Shown here: positions 52,650 to 62,685 of the stretch, in pieces
Layout of the letters: the number at the start of each line of letters is the position of its first letter
Numbering within the stretch: the stretch's first letter is position 1
From: Dehalococcoidia bacterium
GTDB taxonomy: Bacteria > Chloroflexota > Dehalococcoidia > UBA2979
Assembly: GCA_965248675.1 (NCBI GenBank)
Contig: CBDFJZ010000005.1
Coordinates: 349,855-413,854 of the forward strand
Direction of reading: 5' to 3'
Length of the DNA: 64,000 nucleotides
Notes under the pieces: generated by a model
Told to the model about the DNA's origin: nothing
The model's database searches: none
Seen by the model: only the letters and a program-made list of their open reading frames with translations
Translations under genes and position numbers: made by a program

Positions 52650-53609
52650 TCAGTACCACTTCGCCTTGTCGACGACGTTCGCCAGTGCCTCGCCGGCGAG
52701 GAATCGCCGCATGTTCTCCGCGATGATCTCGAACCGGCGCTCATTCAGATCCGCGGCGTCCGCGACCGCCACGTGCGGCGTGATCAGCACGTTCTCCATC
52801 GTCCACAGCGGGTGACCCTCGGGCAGCGGCTCGATCTCGAACACATCGAGGCCCGCCCCCGCGATCGCCCCGCCGGCGAGCGCGTCCACGAGGTCATCGA
52901 GGCTGGTGGTCATCCCGCGCCCGATGTTGATGAAGTAGGCGCTCGGCTTCATCAGGGCGAAGCGGGCGGCGTTCCACATCCCCTCGGTCTCGGGGGTGTG
53001 GGGCACGGTTGTCACGACGAAGTCCGCCTCCGGCAGCAACCGATCGAGGTCCTCGAGCCCGTGCAGCTCCGCCGGCGACTCGCGCTCCGGCCGCGGCTCG
53101 ATCCCGAGCACGCGCGCCCCGAGTGCCGCACACAGCCGCGCCGTCTCTGCCCCGATGCCTCCGACGCCGTTGATCAGCACCGTCGAGCCGGCGACGTTCA
53201 CGTAGCCGCGCTTCCGCGCGTCCTTGTCCCAGCGCCCGGCTCGTTGCGCGTCGACCCAGTAGGGGAGGCCGCGGGAGAGCGCGAGCATGAACATCAGGAT
53301 GTGCTGCGCGATGTGGTCGGAGTAGATGCCGCGCGGGTTCGAGATCGTGACCGGGTGCTCGATCAGCTCCGGGTAGTAGTAGCCCTCGAAGGGGCCGGCG
53401 AACGGATTCTGAAGCCACCTCAACTTCTCCGCGGCAGGAAGCAGGTCGGGCGGAATCCAGCCGTAGGCGCCGTCGGCGTCAACGAGCGCTTCGGGTGCCT
53501 GCTCTTCGTCCGGCGTAACGATCTCGAACTCCGGGAACTGTTCTCGGAGCCGCTCGATCCAGCCCTGCTCCTCATCGTTCAGCGGCGGCAGCATCACGTA
53601 CTTCGGCAT
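52650..53609 (-). CDS. D-2-hydroxyacid dehydrogenase
   Basis: GVGGIG, FINIGRG, GAGLDVFE.EPL, ITPHVA. Confidence 0.93.
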   Translation of the reverse strand: MPKYVMLPPLNDEEQGWIERLREQFPEFEIVTPDEEQAPEALVDADGAYGWIPPDLLPAAEKLRWLQNPFAGPFEGYYYPELIEHPVTISNPRGIYSDHIAQHILMFMLALSRGLPYWVDAQRAGRWDKDARKRGYVNVAGSTVLINGVGGIGAETARLCAALGARVLGIEPRPERESPAELHGLEDLDRLLPEADFVVTTVPHTPETEGMWNAARFALMKPSAYFINIGRGMTTSLDDLVDALAGGAIAGAGLDVFEIEPLPEGHPLWTMENVLITPHVAVADAADLNERRFEIIAENMRRFLAGEALANVVDKAKWY

Positions 53610-53666
53610 CGGACAGCTCCGATCGATGCGAGCCTCGAGGCGCGGCGGGGTCCTCGAGGCGATTCG

Positions 53667-54594
53667 CTACGCGAAAGCGGGGAGCACCTCGTCCTGCAGG
53701 CGCTGGTACAGCCGAGGGTTGTTCGGCATCCCCTTGAAGATCACCCGCTCGACGCCGGTCGCCTCGTACTCACGGATCACGTCGATCACGTGCTCGGCGG
53801 GGCCGATCGCCAGGCGGGCGCGTTCCTCGGGGGTCTTACCGCGATCCCAGAGGCCGCGCAGGTGCTCCGCCTTTCGCCTCGTCGTCCTGGAGGGCGACCG
53901 CGAAGAAGCAGGTCTTCGTGATCTCCGCGGGATCGCGGCCAATCTCGCGGCAGTGCTCCTCGAGCACGCCGATCTTGTGCGTCACCTGCGCGGGTGTCGC
54001 CTCGTCGAGGTTCATCACGTCGCCGTGGCGCGCGAGCGTGCGCAGCGTCCGCCGCTCGCCGTTGCCGCCGACCATGATCGGGATGTGCGTTCCCTGCGAC
54101 GTCCGAGGCGCGAACGGCGCGCGCACCAGCCGGTAGTACTGCCCCTCGTAATCGACCGGACCGTCGGCGGTGAACAGCTTCCGGATCAGCTTGGCGGCCT
54201 CTTCGAGGCGATCGGAGCGCTCGCGGACCGGCGGAAAGTCCCAGCCGTAAGCCTCGTGCTCGCGCTCGTGCCAGGCGGCGCCGATGCCCAACTCCAGCCG
54301 CCCGCCGGAGATCTGGTCGACGGTGGCCGCCATCTTCGCGAGCAGCGCCGGGTTGCGGTACGTGTTCCCCGACACGAGCGCCCCGAGGCGCAGCGTGTCG
54401 GTCACGGCCGCGATGCCGGTCAGCAGCGACCAGCCCTCGAGACAGTCGTCCGCCTCGTCGAGGAACGCGAGCGGTGGCACGAAGTGATCTGGGACCCAGG
54501 CGCTCTCCCACGGGCCGTCGTCCATGATCTGGATGACCTCGCGTACCTGGTCCCAGCTGGTGCTGTTCGTGTGAAGCTGCGATCCGATCTCCAT
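53667..54594 (-). CDS. LLM-class (probably F420-dependent) oxidoreductase; frameshift near 53872
   Basis: W..DHF, LEGW, YRNPALLAKMAATVD.ISGGR..LGIGA.W, IMVGG.G; C-terminus continues in the 53667 frame. Confidence 0.88.
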
Positions 54595-54687
54595 GGCCGG
54601 CCCCCTTGCCGGCCAGAAGGTATCAGGGCCTCGTCGGCGCGAGCCGCGCCCCAGTCTGAGCGTTCGGGGTCTGAGCGCTCGGGGGTC

Positions 54688-56016
54688 TTACCGCTCGGGC
54701 GTGAACTCCACCGGCAGCCGCTTCACCCCCGCGATGAAGTTCGAGTTCAGCAGCTCCGGTTCGCCGACCGCGTGGATGTCCGGCAGCCGCCGCAGCAGCT
54801 CCTCGAAGATCACCTTGATCTCGGCGCGCGCGAATCCCGCTCCGAGGCAGAAGTGCTCGCCGATCCCAAACGCCAGGTGGTCGTTCGGGTCGCGCGTGAT
54901 GTCGAACACATCGGGGTGCTCGAACTGATCCTCGTCGCGGTTGACCGAGGGGTACCACATCACGACGCGATCGCCTTTCGCGATCGCCTGACCGTGGATC
55001 TCGGTGTCGGCCGTCGCGATCCGCGCCATGTGCGCCACAGGCGACGTCCAGCGCAGAATCTCCTCGACGGCGCCGTCGATCAGCTGCGGATCGTCCAGCA
55101 GCATCTGCCACTGCTTCGGGTGCTCGGACAGGACCTGCATCCCGCCGCTGATCGCGTTTCGCGTCGTCTCGTTGCCCGCGACCACCAGCAGTAGACAGAA
55201 CAACAGGATGTCCATGTCGTTGAGCTGATCGCCTTCGATCTCGGAGTCGACGAGTAGCGCGACCAGGTCGTCGCGGCGATGCTCCTTGCGCTCCCGGATC
55301 ATTTCCACGAAGTGCCCGTACATCTGCATCGCCGACTGCTGCGAGGCGGCCTGCTGCGCCTCGCGGGTGCCGGTCTCGACCTCTACGCCGGCGTCCTGCT
55401 GATACTCCTGGTCGGACGATCCGAGAAGCTGGTTGGTGAGGTTGAGCATCGTCTCCCAGTGCTCGCGCTCGATGCCCATCATTTCGCAGATCACCGCCAG
55501 CGGAAGCTGGGCGGCCACGTCGCCGACGAAGTCGCATTCCCCTCGATCAGCGACCTCGTCGAGGATCCCGGTGGTCAGGTTCCGGATGTGATCTTCCATC
55601 GCCCGCACCGCTCGAGGCGTGAAGCCCTTGTTCACGAGCCGCCGCAGCTTCACGTGGTTCGGCGGATCGCTCGTGATCAACATCCCGTACTGCGATGCTC
55701 CGTGCGCGGCCTCCGCCATCGCGCCGCCGCCACCCTCGGTCCCCAGACTTTCGTCCTCATCGACCCGTGGCTCCGCCAGCGTGATCCCGCGACTCGAGAT
55801 GAACAGCTCCGGCTGCCGGGAGACGGCTAGCACATCCTCGAGCTTGGTCAGCGACCAGAAGCCCTTGTGGTTCGCCTCGCTCGGGCCGCTCCAGTGGACG
55901 GGCGCCTCGCGCCGCAGGGTGCGGAACAGGTCGTGCGCTTCGTTGCGGCGGAAGATGCCGTTGTCAGCGAGGTTGATCTCGCCGGCCGAAAGCTGCGTTA
56001 CGTCAGTCGTGGTCAT
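54688..56016 (-). CDS. Cytochrome P450 (CYP124/125/142-like by motif)
   Basis: DPP.H.KLR, AGNETT, EEILR, SVNRDE, HLAFGIGEHFCLG. Confidence 0.95.
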   Translation of the reverse strand: MTTTDVTQLSAGEINLADNGIFRRNEAHDLFRTLRREAPVHWSGPSEANHKGFWSLTKLEDVLAVSRQPELFISSRGITLAEPRVDEDESLGTEGGGGAMAEAAHGASQYGMLITSDPPNHVKLRRLVNKGFTPRAVRAMEDHIRNLTTGILDEVADRGECDFVGDVAAQLPLAVICEMMGIEREHWETMLNLTNQLLGSSDQEYQQDAGVEVETGTREAQQAASQQSAMQMYGHFVEMIRERKEHRRDDLVALLVDSEIEGDQLNDMDILLFCLLLVVAGNETTRNAISGGMQVLSEHPKQWQMLLDDPQLIDGAVEEILRWTSPVAHMARIATADTEIHGQAIAKGDRVVMWYPSVNRDEDQFEHPDVFDITRDPNDHLAFGIGEHFCLGAGFARAEIKVIFEELLRRLPDIHAVGEPELLNSNFIAGVKRLPVEFTPER

Positions 56017-56061
56017 CGATTCGCCTCGATTCGCTGGTCGGCGTGGGGTGACTGGCTACGG

Positions 56062-56262
56062 TTACGCCTCGATGAGCGTGATCGCCTGCTTCGGACAGAG
56101 GCGAACGGCGCGCTCGACGTCGTCTCGTTGATCCTCGGAGATCTCGTCGACGAGCACCCGCGAGAGGTCGTCATCGCCAACCTTGAACACGGCCGGCGCG
56201 TTCGCCTCGCAGACCATATTGCCCTCGCAGCGGTCGTGGTCGACGGTCGCTTTCGATGCCAT
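56062..56262 (-). CDS. P450-associated ferredoxin
   Basis: CEGNMVC...AVRLCP; GGGGAG RBS; directly upstream of the P450. Confidence 0.9.
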   Translation of the reverse strand: MASKATVDHDRCEGNMVCEANAPAVFKVGDDDLSRVLVDEISEDQRDDVERAVRLCPKQAITLIEA

Positions 56263-56588
56263 CGGCACTCCCCGATCTGCCGGCATGCAACCTGTATGCC
56301 GAATGCTAGCAGGGTCTGAGATCGTTCTACGGGTTGCGGCGCACAGCCCGGGATCGCGCGATCGGCCAGGCGCTATCCTCGAACGATCGCGCTCGCTCGC
56401 TCGACGTCACCATTCGAGGCCCCCCACGGTCGTCTCGACGCGATGCGGGTCCTGCTCGTTCGTCCGTCATTCCGCGGCCACGCCTCCGCGAGATCTCTGA
56501 CTGCCGGATTCGCGTACTCTAATACGCAGTTCCCAATGGACCGGGAGGCCGGGGCGCCTCCGGCGGTTCGAGCCGACGCTCACTCGGC

Positions 56589-57512
56589 ATGAGGCTGGGC
56601 ACGAGCGCCGAGACCTTCCGCGGTTGGACACGCACCGCTGACTTGCCCCACATAGCGGCGCTCAGGACCGGTGCCGTCGCACAGCTGCGATCGAGGGAGA
56701 GTGACCTCCTCGTGGACGAACGGATCGATCTCGCTCCACTACGCCCGTTCCGCGTCGATGGACGCGTCCGCATCGGCCCACAGCGGGATGGCGGGTACGT
56801 CGTCGTAGATGGGGTCGCTGCGAACGCGGATGTGCTCGTCACCTCCGGTGTCGGCTGGGACACGGCCTTCGAGCTGGATTTCCGCGACCGGTACGGCGCT
56901 CGGGTGCTCATGTTCGATCCGACGATGTTCCCTGAGAGCTGGGTGAGGACCTGGGCTGCGGCACGGAGCCCGCGCGAGCTCTGGCGGATCTTCAAGCGAT
57001 GGAGGTTCATTCGCTCGTGGGCCCGCGAACGACGACGTCAGGGATTGGTGGTGATCGAGGAAGGGATCGCGGCAAAGACGAGGGCGCGTTACGCGACGCT
57101 CCGCGATCACTTCGAGCGCTACGAACTGAACGACAAGGATGTCTTCCTCAAGATCGACATCGAAGGGAATGAGTTCGACGTGCTGATGGACGGTGACATG
57201 CCCGAGCTTCGATCCGTGAGTCAGATGGTGATCGAGCTCCACGGGCTGGAGACGCGGTGGCACGACATTGAGCTGATTCTTCGAACGACGCTGAGAGACT
57301 TCAGCATCGTTCACGTCCACGGCAACAACTTCGCCCCGCGGTTCGAGGTCGCCGAGAAGATGGTCCCACAGGTGATCGAACTGACCCTCGTTCGCGACGA
57401 CGTGCTCGGTGCGGCCGAGCCTTCGCGCGAGCCGCTACCGCTCCCCGATCTCGACTTCCCGAACAGGCGAAGTCTCCCGGATTACGAGCTGAGCTTCCTC
57501 ACCTCAGGGTGA
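56589..57512 (+). CDS. FkbM-like methyltransferase-fold protein
   Basis: RIG...DGGY, S.GVG.D..FE, LKIDIEG.E, Q..IE.H, VHVHGNN. Confidence 0.8.
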   Translation: MRLGTSAETFRGWTRTADLPHIAALRTGAVAQLRSRESDLLVDERIDLAPLRPFRVDGRVRIGPQRDGGYVVVDGVAANADVLVTSGVGWDTAFELDFRDRYGARVLMFDPTMFPESWVRTWAAARSPRELWRIFKRWRFIRSWARERRRQGLVVIEEGIAAKTRARYATLRDHFERYELNDKDVFLKIDIEGNEFDVLMDGDMPELRSVSQMVIELHGLETRWHDIELILRTTLRDFSIVHVHGNNFAPRFEVAEKMVPQVIELTLVRDDVLGAAEPSREPLPLPDLDFPNRRSLPDYELSFLTSG

Positions 57513-57599
57513 CCGCACGCCGGTGCGCCCGGTCCCCCGCGGCAGCACGGGGGGTGGCCAGCAGTCAGACGGCACCGGCCGTGGCAGCGTCCGGTTCAG

Positions 57600-57688
57600 T
57601 GGTACCGAAGGTGGGATTCGAACCCACACGGGCCGTAAAGCCCAACGGTTTTTGAGACCGTCGCGTCTGCCGGTTCCGCCACTTCGGC
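57600..57688 (-). tRNA. tRNA-Leu(CAA)
   Basis: Reverse complement GCCGAAGTGGCGGAACCGGCAGACGC, ACGGT-CTCAAAA-ACCGT, long variable arm, ends CGGTACCA. Confidence 0.96.
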
Positions 57689-57862
57689 TCGGTGATCCCG
57701 AGGATAGCCGCCCCCGATCCCCGTCGGCTATCCGGAGACCCTGAACGAGCTGATTGAAGGGCCGCGACAGACATAACCGATGGCCCTCGCACCGCTGCGA
57801 AGGATGTCCTTGTACTCGCTCAATGAAGCTTCTGTCAGGTATAAGTGGTAACACGGGGAGAA

Positions 57863-58784
57863 ATGATGGCGTTTTGCACGGAGTGTGGGTTGCTTCTCGG
57901 CGCGGCTGGCCATAGCCACGAAGCGTCCGACGTCGTCTCGGAACCGCCGCGCGCCTCGCTCCTTTTCTCCGCTGTCTGCCGCCCTCGCCCTCGCCGCTGT
58001 CGCTGCAGTCGCCGTGCTGGGGATCGTGGTCGCCGGCTTCGCGCTGCTGCGCCCGGTTGGCGTCTCCGACGCCGAACTCGACACGGCGATTTCCGATCGG
58101 CTCAGCGTCACCGCCTCCGCCGAGGATCTCTCCAGCCTCGAGCTGCGGATCGCTGAACTCGAGCGGGAGAATCGCGAGCTGGAGGCAAGTCTCCTGCGCC
58201 TGGAGGACAGCGAAGAGCCGCCGCCACCGCCACTGACGGTCGCTGATATCGCTGACCGAGCGCTCCAGTCCGTCGTCACCGTCGAGACGCCGTCGGGCAT
58301 CGGGACCGGCTTCGCCATCGAGGACCCGACTGGTGACATCTACATCATCACCAACTACCACGTCGTCGAGTCCGTCTGGATCGGCGGGAGCCGCACCGTG
58401 GACATCGTTCACGGCGAAACTCGGCTGTCCGGGCGGATCGTCAACGTCAACGTCTCCAACGACCTGGCAGCGATCGGTCCGGTCGAATCGATCCTGCCGC
58501 TCATCACCTCGCGAGCGCTGCCTACCGTCGGGACCGACATCGTGGTGATCGGCTCTCCGTACGGGCTTGACGGAACCGTCGTCACCGGCGTGGTTTCAGC
58601 GCTCCGCGAGGAGCGCATCCAGTTCTCGGCGCCCGTCAGCCCGGGAAACAGCGGTGGCCCGCTGATCGATGGCGACGGAATTGTCGTCGGCGTTGTCGTC
58701 GAGAAGGTCAGCACCCAGGCCGCCGAGGGTTTGTCATTTGCGATTCCGATGGACGTGACCTGTCGTGTCATCATCGCCTGTTAG
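57863..58784 (+). CDS. Membrane-anchored trypsin-like (S1C) serine protease without PDZ; probable N-terminal CxxC in shifted frame
   Basis: GGGGAG RBS then MMAFCTECG; TM and coiled coil in the 57885 frame; TNYHV, NDLA, GNSGGP triad. Confidence 0.8.
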
Positions 58785-58793
58785 GGGGAAGCG

Positions 58794-59790
58794 ATGTTCT
58801 GTGCCGACTGTGGGACGCAAGCCGAGTCAGCGTGGAAGTCCTGCCGCACCTGTGGAGCCCCGCTGCGGGAGGCAGCTACGGCCGCTCCCCGCGGCCGCCG
58901 TGGTCCACTCCTCAAACGGGGCTTCCGCGCCCGACGATACGACGGTCGAGGTCGAGGAGGGGCGCCCGCCCCTGCTGCACCGCCCGCCGCTCCTCTGCCG
59001 CCGGCCGTTCCTGTGGAGTCCGCCGCACCTGTCACGTCCACCGCGCCCACCCCGCCCGATGCGCCTGTGGTGCCCGACGCACCTGCGCCGCCTACCGCGC
59101 CTGTGGCGCCAGCGACGCCGGGTCCGGGACCGATGGTCGCGCACGAGACACCGAGGGGAGATGATGCGCGGTCGTCCGTCGCGGGTCAGCCGCTCGAGCC
59201 AGAACCGGAACGAGCAGAATCACGATGGCGACGCTGGGCGCTGCCGGTGGCTCTCGGCGTCGCGGGCCTCAGCGCGGCGGTCTTGATCGCGTGGCTTGCC
59301 GTTGAGCTCACGGAGACCCAGAACACCCTCGGCGACACGCGGACCGAGCTCCGCGCCCGGAGCGACGAGCTTCGCGCGACTGAGGAGGATCTGTCCTCGA
59401 CGCAGGGCACGCTGGCGACCACTGAGGACCGGCTTGCCACGGCCGAAGGCCGGATCGACAGGCTTGTCGTCGACCTCGACCTCGACCTCGACCTCGAGGT
59501 CGGGATGCACGCCCGAACGAAGCAGTCCTTGGCGACGAGCGAAAGAGCGCGCTGACGGTCTCGAGGCTGAGCTCGGGGTCCTCCAGACCTCCCTCGACGA
59601 AACTCAATCCACGCTCTCCCAGACCCAGCAGCGTGTCGTCCTTCAGTCGGGCAGCATTCAAACGCTCAAGGCCTGCCTGACCGGCGTCGCCGACTCTCTC
59701 TCTTGGGCGGCGTTCGAGCGGTGGAGCGAGGCCCTCGACGCCCTCGACGCCGTCGAGGTCGCCTGCGACCGAGCGGCGGCTCTCTTCTAG
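58794..59790 (+). CDS. Zinc-ribbon / Pro-rich / TM / coiled-coil protein; frameshift near 59540
   Basis: MFCADCG...CRTCG; PA-rich linker; TM; heptad pattern continuing as ERADGLEAEL...LKAC...VAC in the 59296 frame. Confidence 0.7.
59472..59495 (+). repeat. (GACCTC)x4 microsatellite encoding DLDLDLDL
   Basis: Direct reading of the sequence. Confidence 0.8.
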
Positions 59791-59823
59791 CGGGGCACTG
59801 CCACCACGAGAGCTACGAGAGCG

Positions 59824-60140
59824 CTACACCGGCTCGATGACCAACCGTTGCTTCGCCGCCTTCGCCGCCTTCGCCGCCTTCGCCGCGTCAGCCGCGACGA
59901 GGTGCATCGGCTACCGCTGATGCTCGCGCCAGGCCTCGAACTGATCGCCATATTGCGGCGAGTTTGGCATTCCCGAGGCCCCACCGGGGATAACCCACGT
60001 CGCGCGCTCGGGGTCCGTGAAGTCGACCACCTGCCGGTAAACCGACAGTCCGCCGATCTTGAATGCCGGCCCCGAGGGCGGCTCCGCGACCGTGATCGAG
60101 GCCGCCTGATCGGGTGGCTGTCACCCCGATTGCCGTTGAC
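59824..60140 (-). pseudogene. 3' remnant of a penicillin acylase (Ntn-hydrolase) gene
   Basis: Manual translation: SVYRQVVDFTDPERATWVIPGGASGMPNSPQYGDQFEAW...*PMH...QRLVIEPV*; internal TAG at 59911-59913. Confidence 0.75.
59851..59886 (+). repeat. (CTTCGCCGC)x4 tandem repeat (AAK x4 in the acylase remnant)
   Basis: Direct reading of the sequence. Confidence 0.85.
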
Positions 60141-60189
60141 GGCGGATCGAGGACTGACGCCAGTTCGCCCTGGGTCGCCGAGAGCGTGT

Positions 60190-60510
60190 GTGGCGAACAT
60201 GCAGGAGCTGCGTGAGCGGTACGGGTTCGAGTACGTGGTGGGGTCGGTGCACTGGGTGGATGAGATCCCGATCGACTTCTCACGGGAGCTGTTCGACGAG
60301 GCGGTTACGCGTTGCGGGGGCCAGATCGCCGGCGCCGGCCTCGACGTGTTCGAGATCGAGCCGCTCCCCGCGGGCCAGCCGCTCTGAACGATGGAGAACG
60401 TCCTCATCACCCCGCACGTCGCCGTCGCGGACGCCGAAGACATCCCCGAGCGCCGCTCCCTCGAGGGCCGCGACTTCATCAACGTCGTCGACAAGGCGAA
60501 GTGGTACTGA
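60190..60510 (+). pseudogene. Chimeric remnant: PHP/HisJ-type phosphatase fragment fused to the 3' end of a D-2-hydroxyacid dehydrogenase
   Basis: FEYVVGSVHWVD..ID (PHP motif) then GGQIAGAGLDVFEIEPLP..PL*TMENVLITPHVA...NVVDKAKWY*. Confidence 0.75.
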
Positions 60511-60716
60511 CGGCGCGAGATCTCGACAGGGTGACGCTGCCGTCGATTACGCCTATGATGACCATCCTCGAATTCCATCGAGTACGTATCGGAGGTGGAT
60601 TCGTGCATACTGTACTGATGGATCCGTGCGGGTCGACGCGATTAGCGTTCGACAAGTAGATTGGCCGCCCGCGGCGGCGCATGGGATGTGAGTGTCTCAG
60701 AGGGGAAGAGTAGGCA

Positions 60717-62558
60717 ATGGATTCGAACTATTGGGCTAACCGCGTCTCGCGTCGAACGGTGCTGCGAACTTCAGCGTTGGGAGGCGCAGGCCTCGTTGGC
60801 TCGGTTCTGATCGGCTGCACCAGCGACGAGGATGACCCGGCGGAGGCCGGCGTCGGCGCGGCGGCAACGACCGCCCCGGGCGGCGGCGGCGCGGCGGCAA
60901 CGACCGCCCCGACCGAGGTGGCTTCGACGGGGGCTCCGGAGCGCGGCGGCATTTACCGACTCGCGATGGTCGGAGCGCCCGATCACTACGACATGCACAG
61001 GACGACCGCGGGCGCTACCTACCACGTCACACGCTGGGCGCACAGCAAGCTGATGCAATGGACTCCGGGCGAAGGTCAGTTCGCGGGTGGGGAGATGGAG
61101 GGCGACCTCGTCGACACATGGGAGCAGCCAGACGATCTCACGTACATCATGCACCTCCGTGACGACGTGACGTGGGACGAGCGGGCACCAACGAGCGGCC
61201 GAGGGCTCGAGGCCGAAGACGTGGTCCTCAGCTGGGAGCGGTGGGCCGAGGTCGGCCGCCGCCGGACGTTGCTCTCGAACGCCGTCCGGGACAGCGCCCC
61301 AATTACGAGCTTCACAGCCGTCGATGGAAAGACGCTCGAGATCAAGCTCGCCTTCCCCGACTCGACCGTCCTGCAGGCCCTGAGCTGGCAAAACCGTCTC
61401 TGGGTGACACCGCGCGAGGCCTTCACTGGCGCTTACGACTTCGAGACGGATATGCGCGGTACCGGTCCGTTCATGCTCACAGACGAACGGTCGGGTGTGA
61501 GCGTGACCTTCGCTCGCAACCCGAAGTGGCATGGCAACCCCGGTGGCCCCTGGCTCGATGGCGTCGAAGTCACCTACATCCCGGAGCCGGCTCAGCACGA
61601 GGCGCAGTTCCGTGCGGGCAACATCCACCACGGCGTCGGCAGCTTTGCGAACATCCCGATCGTCGCCGCTGAGATGGAGGACTCGCAGCTCGTCAAGTTC
61701 CCACCGGCGGGAGTCGGCGGCGCCGTGAGCCTGACCTGGTTGCCGGGAAGCCCGTTCCACGACCGGCGGGTGCGGCGCGCGATGTCGATGGCGATTGAGC
61801 GTGACGTCGTCATTGATATCTTCAGCAATCCCGCGGACTACGCGCCGCTGGGCGTCGAACTCAACTCGTTCTGGTACAACCCGACCTCGCCAGCGTACGG
61901 TCCCTTCTGGCTCGATCCGCAGGGAAGCGAATTCGGTCCCGCTGCGAAGTACCTGGAGCACAATATCGCGGAGTCGAAGGCGCTACTCGATGCTGCCGGC
62001 TTTACGTCGGAGAACCCGCTCGAGTTCGACGTAACCCAACACCCGAGAAGCCAGGAGAACCGTGCTGAGGTATACCAGGCGATGTGGGCTGACGCGGGCA
62101 TCAAGGCCGCCGTCACGCCTGCCGACTACGCCTCGGAGTGGCAGGAGTTTCTCTCAGCGGGTCGCGGCTACGTCCCGTGGCACGACGGCAGGTATCACGT
62201 GCTCCTGAAGCCGAACTCCGCTGACCCCGATATGCTGATCTGGATTAACCGGTTCTTCTCACAGGCTGGCTCCGCAATTGCCGGCGATGAGTTCCCTGAG
62301 CTGGAACGGCAGATCCAGGCTGCCCGTTCGATTCTGGACTTCGACGAACGCGTCGACGCACTCCACGACATCCAGCGTTACATGGTGGATGAGATGGTCA
62401 CGGTGCCGTTCGACGCGAGAACGGAGACCGTCGAGATCTACAACGCCGGCGTTAACGGACCGGCACAATGGACGCCATGGCAGGGTGCTCAGAACTACGG
62501 TGCGGCCTCATCGACCCTTGCCAAGCACTACTGGCTAGATGAGTCGCTTCGGGGCTAG
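60717..62558 (+). CDS. Tat-exported family-5 ABC substrate-binding lipoprotein
   Basis: SRRTVL twin-arginine signal, LIGC lipobox, GTGPF, FHDRRVRRAMSMAI. Confidence 0.92.
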   Translation: MDSNYWANRVSRRTVLRTSALGGAGLVGSVLIGCTSDEDDPAEAGVGAAATTAPGGGGAAATTAPTEVASTGAPERGGIYRLAMVGAPDHYDMHRTTAGATYHVTRWAHSKLMQWTPGEGQFAGGEMEGDLVDTWEQPDDLTYIMHLRDDVTWDERAPTSGRGLEAEDVVLSWERWAEVGRRRTLLSNAVRDSAPITSFTAVDGKTLEIKLAFPDSTVLQALSWQNRLWVTPREAFTGAYDFETDMRGTGPFMLTDERSGVSVTFARNPKWHGNPGGPWLDGVEVTYIPEPAQHEAQFRAGNIHHGVGSFANIPIVAAEMEDSQLVKFPPAGVGGAVSLTWLPGSPFHDRRVRRAMSMAIERDVVIDIFSNPADYAPLGVELNSFWYNPTSPAYGPFWLDPQGSEFGPAAKYLEHNIAESKALLDAAGFTSENPLEFDVTQHPRSQENRAEVYQAMWADAGIKAAVTPADYASEWQEFLSAGRGYVPWHDGRYHVLLKPNSADPDMLIWINRFFSQAGSAIAGDEFPELERQIQAARSILDFDERVDALHDIQRYMVDEMVTVPFDARTETVEIYNAGVNGPAQWTPWQGAQNYGAASSTLAKHYWLDESLRG

Positions 62559-62685
62559 GGCTGACCTGAACGCCGGAGTCTCGCGGACCTGAGCTGCTGG
62601 GAGTCCCTTCGCGACCCGGGGCGAGGCGGAGCGCGCGCGAGCGCGTCCGCCGGCACTCTTTGGTCGCGGTGCGTCAGCGAGTTAG

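Noticed and set aside
44307-57688. Integrative element bounded by tRNAs
   Set aside because: No integrase, transposase or duplicated tRNA 3' end found by eye; intervening genes are mostly host-like
59851-59886. Short tandem repeats (also 59472-59495 and the approximately 15-mer x2 near 54655-54685) as CRISPR-like arrays
   Set aside because: No spacers, units too short and no cas genes; consistent with slippage
60385-60387. In-frame TGA as possible selenocysteine or Trp recoding
   Set aside because: Aligns to Trp in the paralogue but lies in a truncated, internally deleted remnant; TGA is used as a normal stop throughout the window
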